A stretch of 64,000 nt of DNA from assembly GCA_030837965.1 (NCBI GenBank), contig JAUTXP010000021.1, positions 14,844 to 78,843 on the forward strand. The letters are read 5' to 3'. The notes under the pieces are model-generated. The model was not told the origin of the DNA. It made no database searches and saw only the letters and a list, made by a program, of their open reading frames with translations. Made by a program: the position numbers and the translations under genes. Below, one piece after another: positions 1-7,317 of the stretch; the first letter of the stretch is position 1; each line of letters starts with the position of its first letter. Source of the stretch: Acidimicrobiaceae bacterium (GTDB taxonomy: Bacteria > Actinomycetota > Acidimicrobiia > Acidimicrobiales > JAUTXP01).

Positions 1-2
1 TC

Positions 3-1418
3 TTCGCCTTCGGCGACGCGGGCTACTACGGCTCCCTCGGCGGACGGGCCCTGCCTGCCCCGATCGTGGGCATGGCCGTCACGCCCGGCGGGGTGGGGTA
101 CTGGCTGGTGGGGGCCAAGGGGGACGTCTACCCCTTCGGCGATGCGGGCTCGTTCGGGTCCATGGGCTCGGCCCGGCTGGCCTCTCCCATCGTGGGCATG
201 GCCTCGCCGCCAGGGGGCAAGGGCTACTGGCTGGTGGCGGCCGACGGCGGGATCTTCAACTTCGGCGACGCGCCCTATCTGGGATCGACCGGCGGCATGG
301 CCCTCAACCGACCCATCGTGGGCATGGCCTCGTCACCGCGCGGAGCCGGGTACTGGCTGGTGGCATCCGACGGCGGGATCTTCGCCTACGGCGACGCGCC
401 CTTCGCGGGCAGCGCGGGCGGCCTGCCGCTGCGGGCCCCTGTCGTCTACATGGCAGCGCCGCCTGTGCGCATCCGACCTGAGGTCAGCGTCTTCTACTAC
501 CCGTGGTACGCCAACCCCCAGGACGGCGGCGGGGTCTGGCGCCACTGGGAGCAGGGCGGCCACAACCCGCCCGCCGACGTGTCCTCCGACTACTACCCGA
601 CGCGCGGTGCATACAGCAGTGCGGACACCGCCGTGCTGGACGCCCAGATGGCCGAGATCGCGGGGGCGGGCGTGGACACGGTCGTGACCTCATGGTGGGG
701 ACCGGGCTCCTACGAGGACACCGTGCTGCCGCTGGTCCTGGCCGCGGCCCAGGCCCACGGCCTGCACGTCGCCGTGCACATCGAGCCGTATGGGGGCCGG
801 TCGCCCGGCACTGTCGAGCGCGACATCTCGCGGTTGAGCTTCAAATACGGGCTAGACGACTTTTATGTGTATGAAGCCATGATTTCGCCCGCCTCTGAGT
901 GGAATCCGGTGACGTCGCGACTCAACAACGTGCGAATACTCGGCGAGACCGGCAGCCTCTCAGCCCAACTGTCGGGGCGCTTCGCGTCCTTCGCAGCCGC
1001 TTCCGGATTCGATGGCGTCTACACCTATGACCCCGTGCGCTACGGACGCAGCGAGTTCGGCTTCGCGTGCGGTGCGGCCCGCCAGCGCCGACTGCTCTGC
1101 GGGCCGTCGGTGGCCCCCGGCCAGGTGGCCACCCGCACCCTGCCCGGACGGGCCATCGTGGACCGGGCCGGAGGGCAGCGCTACAACGCCCAATGGCTTG
1201 AAGGCACTGATGCGGGCGCCGACCTCATGACCATCACCAGCTACAACGAGTGGCACGAGGGCACGCAGATCGAGCCTGCCCAGGGCTACTGCTGGCCCCA
1301 GGGCGGATGCACGCCGGGGTATGACGGCGCCTATGGCCGGGGCGGCGGTCTGGCCACTGTGGCCTACTTGGACGCCACCCAGGCATTTGCCACTCGGTTT
1401 CGGGCCACCCGGCCGTAA
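3..1418 (+). CDS. GH99-like glycoside hydrolase (endo-alpha-mannosidase family) with N-terminal ~41-aa repeats; 5' end cut by the window edge
   Basis: The frame is open from base 3 and the first codons (FAFGDAGYYGSLGG..PIVGMA) form another repeat copy. There are at least 3.5 copies of GYWLV..DGG(I/V)F.(F/Y)GDA.(F/Y).GS...PIVGMA. The C-terminal half matches GH99 hallmarks (FYYPWY..W.HW..GGHNPP.D..S.YYP..G.YSS.D..V and ITSYNEWHEGTQIEPA). Stop TAA at 1416-1418. Confidence 0.75.
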   Translation, partial: FAFGDAGYYGSLGGRALPAPIVGMAVTPGGVGYWLVGAKGDVYPFGDAGSFGSMGSARLASPIVGMASPPGGKGYWLVAADGGIFNFGDAPYLGSTGGMALNRPIVGMASSPRGAGYWLVASDGGIFAYGDAPFAGSAGGLPLRAPVVYMAAPPVRIRPEVSVFYYPWYANPQDGGGVWRHWEQGGHNPPADVSSDYYPTRGAYSSADTAVLDAQMAEIAGAGVDTVVTSWWGPGSYEDTVLPLVLAAAQAHGLHVAVHIEPYGGRSPGTVERDISRLSFKYGLDDFYVYEAMISPASEWNPVTSRLNNVRILGETGSLSAQLSGRFASFAAASGFDGVYTYDPVRYGRSEFGFACGAARQRRLLCGPSVAPGQVATRTLPGRAIVDRAGGQRYNAQWLEGTDAGADLMTITSYNEWHEGTQIEPAQGYCWPQGGCTPGYDGAYGRGGGLATVAYLDATQAFATRFRATRP

Positions 1419-1731
1419 GAATTCTTCACAGCGCGATTCAGTCGTAATTTTCCCAAAGAAGGCGGCAGCCTCTTTGAGGATAGAAACAAGAAATTTGCGC
1501 GCCTTTTGCGCGACGAATCGCCCACTTCGCCCGTACTGGTGACACGTGGGGGCCGAAGTGCACCGGTGCCCGCGTGCAGCAGCTCGGGTCCCTCGTTGGC
1601 CAGGACCGTCTGAGCTCGCGCACGCGTGGGCCCGAGCGCGGTGAGCGATCGACGCTCCGCGCCGCACCGCTCGCCGGCCATCCGACCGGCCCGAGCGGGA
1701 ACCCGACCGGGCCCCAGTGCTGGGGGGTCAC

Positions 1732-2001
1732 ATGCGCAAGTCAGTCGTCCGTTGGGGAACGTCCGTCGCCGTGATGGCAGGCGGGCTCGTTGCAAGCCAG
1801 GTCATCGTCACCACGCCCGCCCTGCGGGCCATCCCGTGCCTGTCGATCCTGGTGGTGCCAGGGCCGTCCATCACCACTCCGCCGAGCTGCACGATGCCGC
1901 CCGCCACCGGGTGCACCGAGTTCACCCAAGACCGGCCCTCGCTGACCATCTACGTGCTGGTGTGCAAGGACGTGCTGCACGCCAGCCCTGTCGTGCGCTG
2001 A
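1732..2001 (+). CDS. Small secreted hypothetical protein (89 aa, 5 Cys)
   Basis: ATG at 1732 is preceded by a GGGGGG run. The N-terminus is signal-peptide-like (MRKSVVRWGTSVAVMAGGLVASQ). Third-position GC is very high by hand count. The gene is followed by a strong hairpin. No family recognised. Confidence 0.45.
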   Translation: MRKSVVRWGTSVAVMAGGLVASQVIVTTPALRAIPCLSILVVPGPSITTPPSCTMPPATGCTEFTQDRPSLTIYVLVCKDVLHASPVVR

Positions 2002-2018
2002 CCGCCGCCGCCTTGCCG

Positions 2019-2065
2019 GTCTGGAGGACATGGCCTGCGGAAACGCCAGGGCATGTCCTCCAGAC
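2019..2065. terminator. Hairpin, family A copy 1 (GTCTGGAGGACATG ... CATGTCCTCCAGAC); probable bidirectional terminator
   Basis: A 14-bp perfect inverted repeat spans 2019-2032 and 2052-2065. It has imperfect stem extension and a central GAAA. It lies between the stop of the + gene (2001) and the stop of the convergent sigma gene (2090). Confidence 0.55.
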
Positions 2066-2089
2066 GGATACGAGGGGGAGGGGGTGGGG

Positions 2090-3286
2090 TTAGACGTCGG
2101 GCGGGTGCACGGGCAGGGCCCGGTAGACGGCGCACCCGATCGGCTCCACCTGGCCCTTGTAGCACGTCAGGAGGGACGACCGCAGCCCGCCGCTGCCGAG
2201 GTCTTTCCCCGCGATCCGCTCGTCGTCGCCCTCTTTGAGGACGATCTCGTCGCCGGTGTCCTCGATGCCCGTCCTGGCCCCGCCGTCGGCCGGGCCGCCG
2301 GGCGCCACGTCGTTGGCCCGGCGTTCGACCGTGATGAAGGGACGCACCGTCGGGCGGGCTGCGGCCGGCCCAGGCACCGGCGCGCCTGCGCCGTGACCGG
2401 AGGTGCTCACCGCCGACAACACCGCTTGTCGGGCCGCGGCATTGGCCACCGCCGAGCGGCTGACACCGATAGGGGCACTGGTGGAGGCGATCGTCGTCGC
2501 ACTCGCCGGGGCCACGGCGCCGGACGAGCCGAAGCCGGCGGCCATGGCCACGGCCACTGCCGCGGCCTGCAAGCCCGGCATCATCCCGGCCAAGTAGCTC
2601 TCGGCCCGCAAGAGCGCGCCGGTGGCGTCGTTGCCCGCCCTGGCCATCGACTCGCGCCAACCCCGCACCATGTCCTGCACCTTGCGCCAGCCGCCGCCGC
2701 CCACGGCCACGGGCAGGGGCCACTGGCCCCGTTGACGGGCCACCTGCTCCACCCCTTCGTGCAGGGCGCGGCGGGCTCGCATCAAGGTCGTGCGCACGGA
2801 GCCCACCGACTTGTTCGAGAACCCGGCGATCTCCTCGTAGCTCCAGCCCATGTACTCCCGGAGGAACAGCGGGGTGCGGAACCGCTCGGGCAAGTCCTCC
2901 ATGGCCGAGTCGAGGATCGATGCCCGCAGTCGGCGGGAGACGTCCTCGTCGAGGTCGGGCCCGGCTGGCTCCCTGTCTTCAGAATGCTCCGTCAACCGCT
3001 CGCGGGAGCGCTGGATGTCCACGCAGATGTGGGCCGCGATGGTGGCCAGCCAGGGCCAGAGCCTGGCCCCCTCCCGGAATCGGGGGAGGGCCTTGTGGGC
3101 CTTGAGGATGGCGTCGTGGGCCGCGTCCTCGGCGTCGCCCGCGCCGCGCAGGCGGTGCTCGCAGAAGGCGATCAGGGCCGGGGCGTAACGCCGGTAGAGA
3201 AGGTCGAGCCCGTCGTCGTCGCCGCGCAGGCACGACTCGACAACCTGTCGCTCCTCGGCTTCCGCGGGTAATGCGTAGCCAGCCAT
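2090..3286 (-). CDS. ECF (sigma-70 family) sigma factor with a C-terminal transmembrane and extracytoplasmic extension
   Basis: Sigma region 2 (YRRYAPALIAFCEHRL..DAEDAAHDAILKA) and region 4 (LPERFRTPLFLREYMGWSYEEIA..SVGSVRTTLMRARRAL) are recognisable. They are followed by a hydrophobic helix (GLQAAAVAVAMAAGFG) and about 150 further residues. Confidence 0.85.
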   Translation of the reverse strand: MAGYALPAEAEERQVVESCLRGDDDGLDLLYRRYAPALIAFCEHRLRGAGDAEDAAHDAILKAHKALPRFREGARLWPWLATIAAHICVDIQRSRERLTEHSEDREPAGPDLDEDVSRRLRASILDSAMEDLPERFRTPLFLREYMGWSYEEIAGFSNKSVGSVRTTLMRARRALHEGVEQVARQRGQWPLPVAVGGGGWRKVQDMVRGWRESMARAGNDATGALLRAESYLAGMMPGLQAAAVAVAMAAGFGSSGAVAPASATTIASTSAPIGVSRSAVANAAARQAVLSAVSTSGHGAGAPVPGPAAARPTVRPFITVERRANDVAPGGPADGGARTGIEDTGDEIVLKEGDDERIAGKDLGSGGLRSSLLTCYKGQVEPIGCAVYRALPVHPPDV

Positions 3287-3411
3287 ACCAAGGCCCCTTG
3301 GTCTCGTGTCGTGTCCTCGTGCCGGCCTCTTCGAGCGGCCGACTCGTGTCGTTCTCCCATGAATTCACCGTCGATGACAAATTTTCCTTGTACTCGACAC
3401 GCCTGTCGTCA

Positions 3412-3437
3412 GGGAATTGAGACCCGGACGCGACGTT
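3412..3437 (+). promoter_or_regulatory. Candidate ECF-type promoter (GGGAAT-N16-CGTT) facing the kinase/regulator operon
   Basis: GGGAAT at 3412-3417 and CGTT at 3434-3437 with a 16-nt spacer resemble the generic ECF GGAAC-N16/17-CGT pattern. This is a pattern match only. Confidence 0.3.
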
Positions 3438-3517
3438 TTCGGGCCTCGCCCGTACTCAGGGAGGACGGCGCACTGGGCGGCTGTCCGAGCGAGGCGTTCA
3501 GCGACGTGAAAGGGACC

Positions 3518-4690
3518 ATGGACCAGCGCCAGGCCGTGGGCACCATCGCCTTCACCACAGGGTTGCGCGACACGGGGTTGCGGGACAGGGCGTTGCGCGA
3601 TGTGGGGTTGGGCGACGACGAGGCCGCGGGCCTGCGTGTCCTGGCCCAGGTGGTGGCCGAGACGGCCGACCTGGCCTTGGCCCTGCGGGAGATCAACCGG
3701 CGGGTGGCGGGCCCCCGGGGCCTGCGGGTGGCTGGGTGCTGCTTCACCGGGGCCCAGATGCGAGCCGCCACCGGGGCCCCCGTGCCGTCCGACGACGAGC
3801 TGACCGCCATCCAACGCTGGCGGGCCGCGGCCCGCAGGGACGAGCCGCTCGACATCACCCTCGGCCGGGGCGACCCGGCTGACGCCGACCTGCTCGTGCC
3901 CATCGTGCAGCGTCGGCGGGTCCACGGCGTGGTGCGGGTGCAGCGCACCGGCGACGAGGCCCCGAGCCCCATGGCCACCGGCCTGCTCTCGGCTATCGGC
4001 GTGGGCTGTGGCGAGGTGGCCAGGAAGGCAGGCCTGCGCAGGGAATTGGGGAAGGCCCGCCGACGACTGGCCATCGCCGAGGAGCAGGAGCGCATGGCGC
4101 GCGACGCCCAGGCGTCCGTGCACCGGCAACTGACCGTGCTCGGGGACCGGCTGGCCTGCCACCTGGCGGACACGCCCGACCGGGTGTGGCGCAGGCGCAT
4201 GCAGGAGCTGCTCGCCTTGGCGGGCGAGGCCGACCGCGAGGTGCGCCAGTCGCTGAACATGCTCCAGTCGCTGCCCGCCCAGGACGACGATCTGCCCTCG
4301 TCCCTGCGCCATCTGGCCAAGGGCGTGTCCCAGACCACCAACCTCGTCGTCAAGGTCTTCGTCGACGGCCGGCCCCGCAGGCTGTCGCGAGGCCGCACCG
4401 TCGCGCTGTTCCATGTCGCGGTGGAGGCCTTGTTGGCCGCCGCCCTCACGGCCCGGGCGGGCAATGCCGTGGTGGTGCTCGAATACCGGGCCGACGACGT
4501 GCACCTAGAGGTGCGCGACGACGGCGTGGGGCTGAGCCACCGCCAGGTCTTCGGGACGGCCGTCAGCGCCGGCCTCCGGGGCGCGCAAGAGCGCCTGTCG
4601 CGAGTGGACGGCAGGCTGCGGCTGTTCGGCATGCGCCCGACAGGGGCCGTGGTCCAGGCCACCGTCCCCCGACGCACGGCGGCCCGATGA
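3518..4690 (+). CDS. Cytoplasmic GAF-like / HisKA_3 / HATPase_c histidine-kinase homologue with degenerate catalytic motifs
   Basis: ATG at 3518 follows AAAGGGA. The dimerisation helix reads EQERMARDAQASVHRQL. The ATPase region has RDDGVGL and SAGLRGAQERL. No TM segment. The stop overlaps the next start (ATGA at 4687-4690). Confidence 0.75.
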   Translation: MDQRQAVGTIAFTTGLRDTGLRDRALRDVGLGDDEAAGLRVLAQVVAETADLALALREINRRVAGPRGLRVAGCCFTGAQMRAATGAPVPSDDELTAIQRWRAAARRDEPLDITLGRGDPADADLLVPIVQRRRVHGVVRVQRTGDEAPSPMATGLLSAIGVGCGEVARKAGLRRELGKARRRLAIAEEQERMARDAQASVHRQLTVLGDRLACHLADTPDRVWRRRMQELLALAGEADREVRQSLNMLQSLPAQDDDLPSSLRHLAKGVSQTTNLVVKVFVDGRPRRLSRGRTVALFHVAVEALLAAALTARAGNAVVVLEYRADDVHLEVRDDGVGLSHRQVFGTAVSAGLRGAQERLSRVDGRLRLFGMRPTGAVVQATVPRRTAAR

Positions 4691-5475
4691 CCGTCATCGA
4701 TGCCCGCCCGGCCACGCCGCCCGCCGCGGGCCGACGACGAGCCGATCGCGGTGACGGCCTCCGGGCCCGCCCCGAGGTCTCGGTGGTCGTGGTCGAGCAC
4801 GAGCCTTTGACCAGGGCGGCCATGTGCGACTTGGTCGTGCGCCACCCCCGCCTGTGTCTGGCGGGCACGGCCGTCACTGCGGCCCACGCCTTCCAACTCA
4901 TCGCCTCGGTCGCCCCCGCAGTGGTGGTGACCGACTTGTTCCTCCCGGATGGGGATGCCTGCGGCCTGGTCCTCCAGGCCGCAGGGACCCCAGCCCGACC
5001 GGGAGTCGTGGTGGTGACCGACTTCGCCACCGCGTCGGCCGCGGCCGTGTGCCGCTCGGTCGGCATCCTCACCTGCCTGTCCAAGTCGAGCAGGGCCGAG
5101 AGCGTGGTGGCCGCGGTGCTGGCCGCATCGACCCGCAAGCCGTGGCACGGGCCCGGTGCCGTGGCCGCGGGCGCGCAGCCCCTGTTGAACTTCCTCCAGA
5201 CCCAGGTGCTGGCCGAGGTGGCGTCGGGCGAGAACAACGAGGCCATCGCCCGCAGGCTGGGCTACTCGGTCAACTACGTGAAGGACCTGATCGCCTCGGC
5301 CCGGTCGCAGCTCGACGCCAGGGACCGGGCCCACGCCGCGTCGCTCGGGGTGGCCCTGCGCCTGCTGCGGCCGCTCGGCCAAGGCCGGTTCGCTCCCGCC
5401 CTGCCCGCGTTGGCCTCCCACGAGGACTTCGCCGAGCACGAGCGGCTCGTGCGCGGGGCGGCCCAGTCGGAGTAA
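4687..5475 (+). CDS. NarL/LuxR-family response regulator
   Basis: The receiver has VVVVTDLFLPDGD, VVVVTDF and LSKS. The C-terminal LuxR HTH reads LTQVLAEVASGENNEAIARRLGYSVNYVKDLI. There is a 4-nt overlap with the kinase gene. Confidence 0.85.
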   Translation: MTVIDARPATPPAAGRRRADRGDGLRARPEVSVVVVEHEPLTRAAMCDLVVRHPRLCLAGTAVTAAHAFQLIASVAPAVVVTDLFLPDGDACGLVLQAAGTPARPGVVVVTDFATASAAAVCRSVGILTCLSKSSRAESVVAAVLAASTRKPWHGPGAVAAGAQPLLNFLQTQVLAEVASGENNEAIARRLGYSVNYVKDLIASARSQLDARDRAHAASLGVALRLLRPLGQGRFAPALPALASHEDFAEHERLVRGAAQSE

Positions 5476-5533
5476 CGGGCTGCACCGGGCAGGGCGTGAC
5501 CGATCCGCGCCCGCTCTCGGATGCCGGCGCCGG

Positions 5534-6139
5534 TCATGGCCACTGGCGCTGCTCGACGTGGCACTGCTCGCCGTCAGGCGCGTCGACGGCGAGGGCGGCC
5601 ACGTAGTCGGGGCCGACGTCCAGTCGCACCAAGGCGTGGCCATCGAACGACAGGGACCGCAGCTCCCGGGTGATGCCCTCGCCCGTCGCCTTCACCACCG
5701 CCTCTTTGGCCGTCCACACCTCCAACAGGAACAGCATCGGGTCGGCCGCGCCCCGATAGCCGGCCAACTCGGCGGGCGACATGATGCGCTCGGCCACCGC
5801 GTCGGGTCGGGCCAACGGGCGCACCTGCTCCACGTCCACGCCGACCGCGGCCTGGTCGCACACAGCCAGCAAGGCCCGCTCGCCCGAATGCGAGAGGTTG
5901 AAGAAGGGCCCGTCGGCCCGCGTGGGCTTGCCGTGCCCGCCCACGTCGAACGGGGCTGGGCCCAACCGGGTGCGCAGCAGGGCGTGAGCCACCACGAACC
6001 GGCGCCGCAGGTGGTCGAAGGCGAAGCGGTCGGCCCGGACCCGCTCGTCGTCGGTGAGCAGTGACTCGAGCGACCAGGCCTGCGCGTCGCCCACGTCCAA
6101 GTCGGCCACCCAGACCTCGACGCGCCGGTCGGGGCCCAC
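5534..6139 (-). CDS. 4'-phosphopantetheinyl transferase (Sfp type)
   Basis: Motifs FNLSHSGERALLAV, GVDVEQ and WTAKEAVVKATGEGI. The GTG start at 6139 overlaps the stop of the upstream gene. Confidence 0.8.
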   Translation of the reverse strand: MGPDRRVEVWVADLDVGDAQAWSLESLLTDDERVRADRFAFDHLRRRFVVAHALLRTRLGPAPFDVGGHGKPTRADGPFFNLSHSGERALLAVCDQAAVGVDVEQVRPLARPDAVAERIMSPAELAGYRGAADPMLFLLEVWTAKEAVVKATGEGITRELRSLSFDGHALVRLDVGPDYVAALAVDAPDGEQCHVEQRQWP

Positions 6140-6510
6140 TAGGAGAAGCCGAGGGCCTCGAAGACTCCGGCGATGTCGGTCTTGTTGACCCGCTTGACCG
6201 ACGGCGGCTCCTTGCCGTCGTCCAGGCCCGAGTACACGACGACGGGCACGTCCGGGCAGACGGCGCCGATGTCGGTCAGCAGCTCCAAACCGTCGCCGTC
6301 GGGCAGGCGGCGGTCGAGGATGATCCCCCGCAGCCCGGGCCGCAGCAGCCCTCGGCCCTCGGCCAGCGACTCGGCCGACAGCACGACGGCCCCGTCGATC
6401 TCCAGGCTGAGCCTGACCATGCGGCCGACGGAAGGGTCGTCGTCCACGACCAGCACGACGGGCTTGGACGTGTCGAGCGGCTCGGCCCCGGTCAGGTCGA
6501 CGTCGCTCAT
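6139..6510 (-). CDS. Single-domain response-regulator receiver protein
   Basis: VVLVVDDDPSVGRMV..., IILDRRLPDGDG and VVVYSG form a CheY-like receiver with no output domain. It overlaps both neighbours. Confidence 0.8.
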   Translation of the reverse strand: MSDVDLTGAEPLDTSKPVVLVVDDDPSVGRMVRLSLEIDGAVVLSAESLAEGRGLLRPGLRGIILDRRLPDGDGLELLTDIGAVCPDVPVVVYSGLDDGKEPPSVKRVNKTDIAGVFEALGFS

Positions 6511-6965
6511 GCCGGCTCTTGGGCCGAGTCTTGGGCCAGTCGGCGGGCCGCCCCGCCGAGCACCAGCGTCAAGGCCCCGGCGGCCAGCAGCCAGCCGGGC
6601 GCGCCGGTCTGCGGGGTGGGGGACTGGCCCGCGGCCACTTGGCCCGTGCCCGACGTGCCCAACCCCGACGTGGAACCACGCGGCGCCTCGGTGGGGGTGG
6701 TCGTCGCGGGCGCCGGTGCTGCGGCCGCGCCCGCGGTGGTCGTTGCGGCAGGGGCCACGGTGCCCTCGGTGGTGGGCGCACTCGAAGTGGTGCCCATGTC
6801 GAGGGTGGAGGCGGGCCCGATGGTGGTGGTGGACGTGGCGATGGCCGTGTCGCCCCCGTCGCCGCCGTCGCCGCCGTCGTCATGATGCACGAGCGCGCCG
6901 ACGACGCCGCCGACCAGCAGCAGCAGGACGATCAGATACAGCCAAGTGCGGGTTCGCTCGGGCAA
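6507..6965 (-). CDS. Thr/Ala/Gly-rich membrane or cell-surface protein
   Basis: It has an N-terminal TM (WLYLIVLLLLVGGVVGALV), a low-complexity T/A-rich middle, and a C-terminal TPQTG + hydrophobic helix + RR tail. ATGA overlap with the receiver gene. Confidence 0.55.
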   Translation of the reverse strand: MPERTRTWLYLIVLLLLVGGVVGALVHHDDGGDGGDGGDTAIATSTTTIGPASTLDMGTTSSAPTTEGTVAPAATTTAGAAAAPAPATTTPTEAPRGSTSGLGTSGTGQVAAGQSPTPQTGAPGWLLAAGALTLVLGGAARRLAQDSAQEPA

Positions 6966-7059
6966 CGCGCGGCTCCTCCGGTGTGCGGAAGAAGGCTAAA
7001 CGGCCCGATTCGCGCGGAGGCGGATACCCGTGGGGTCGGGGCCGATGGGAACGGCGGTG

Positions 7060-7133
7060 TGGAGCGGGTGACGGGAATCGAACCCGCATGACCAGCTTGG
7101 AAGGCTGGGACTCTGCCATTGAGCTACACCCGC
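7060..7133 (-). tRNA. tRNA-Gly (anticodon UCC), CCA encoded
   Basis: The reverse complement is GCGGGTGTAGCTCAATGGCAGAGTCCCAGCCTTCCAAGCTGGTCATGCGGGTTCGATTCCCGTCACCCGCTCCA. It folds as a cloverleaf with anticodon loop CTTCCAA. Confidence 0.9.
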
Positions 7134-7157
7134 GTGGCCGGCGTCTTCGTCCGGCGG

Positions 7158-7229
7158 TCGGGGAGGGGGGATTCGAACCCCCGACCGCCAGCACCCAAAG
7201 CTGGTGCGCTACCACTGCGCCACTCCCCG
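7158..7229 (-). tRNA. tRNA-Pro (anticodon UGG)
   Basis: The reverse complement is CGGGGAGTGGCGCAGTGGTAGCGCACCAGCTTTGGGTGCTGGCGGTCGGGGGTTCGAATCCCCCCTCCCCGA. It folds as a cloverleaf with anticodon loop TTTGGGT. The CCA is not fully encoded (CCG follows). Confidence 0.9.
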
Positions 7230-7317
7230 GTCTTCTCCCAAAAATGGTAGTGGCGGGCCGGGGCCGCGAATACGTCCGCCGGGGTTGGGACGGGCCGCCA
7301 GTAGACTCGTCCCTCGC

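Noticed and set aside
1450-1475. A shared (A/T)TTTTCC(C/A) core in AT-rich patches at about 1456, 3385, 22216, 40666 and 50215, considered as a common regulatory motif.
   Set aside because: Only 6-7 nt are shared, and in patches that are AT-rich anyway. Orientation and distance to genes differ. This is too short to separate from chance without genome-wide statistics.
6507-6560. The C-terminal TPQTG + TM + RR of the T/A-rich protein, called as a genuine LPXTG sortase signal.
   Set aside because: The motif lacks the leading Leu/Ala of LPXTG/LAXTG, and no sortase gene is in the window. It is kept only as a remark, not as a feature call.
6966-7317. The tRNA-Gly/tRNA-Pro pair as an integration site for a genomic island.
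   Set aside because: There is no integrase, no duplicated tRNA 3' end and no att-like direct repeat on either side. The flanking genes (tig; the membrane/receiver/PPTase operon) show native-like composition.
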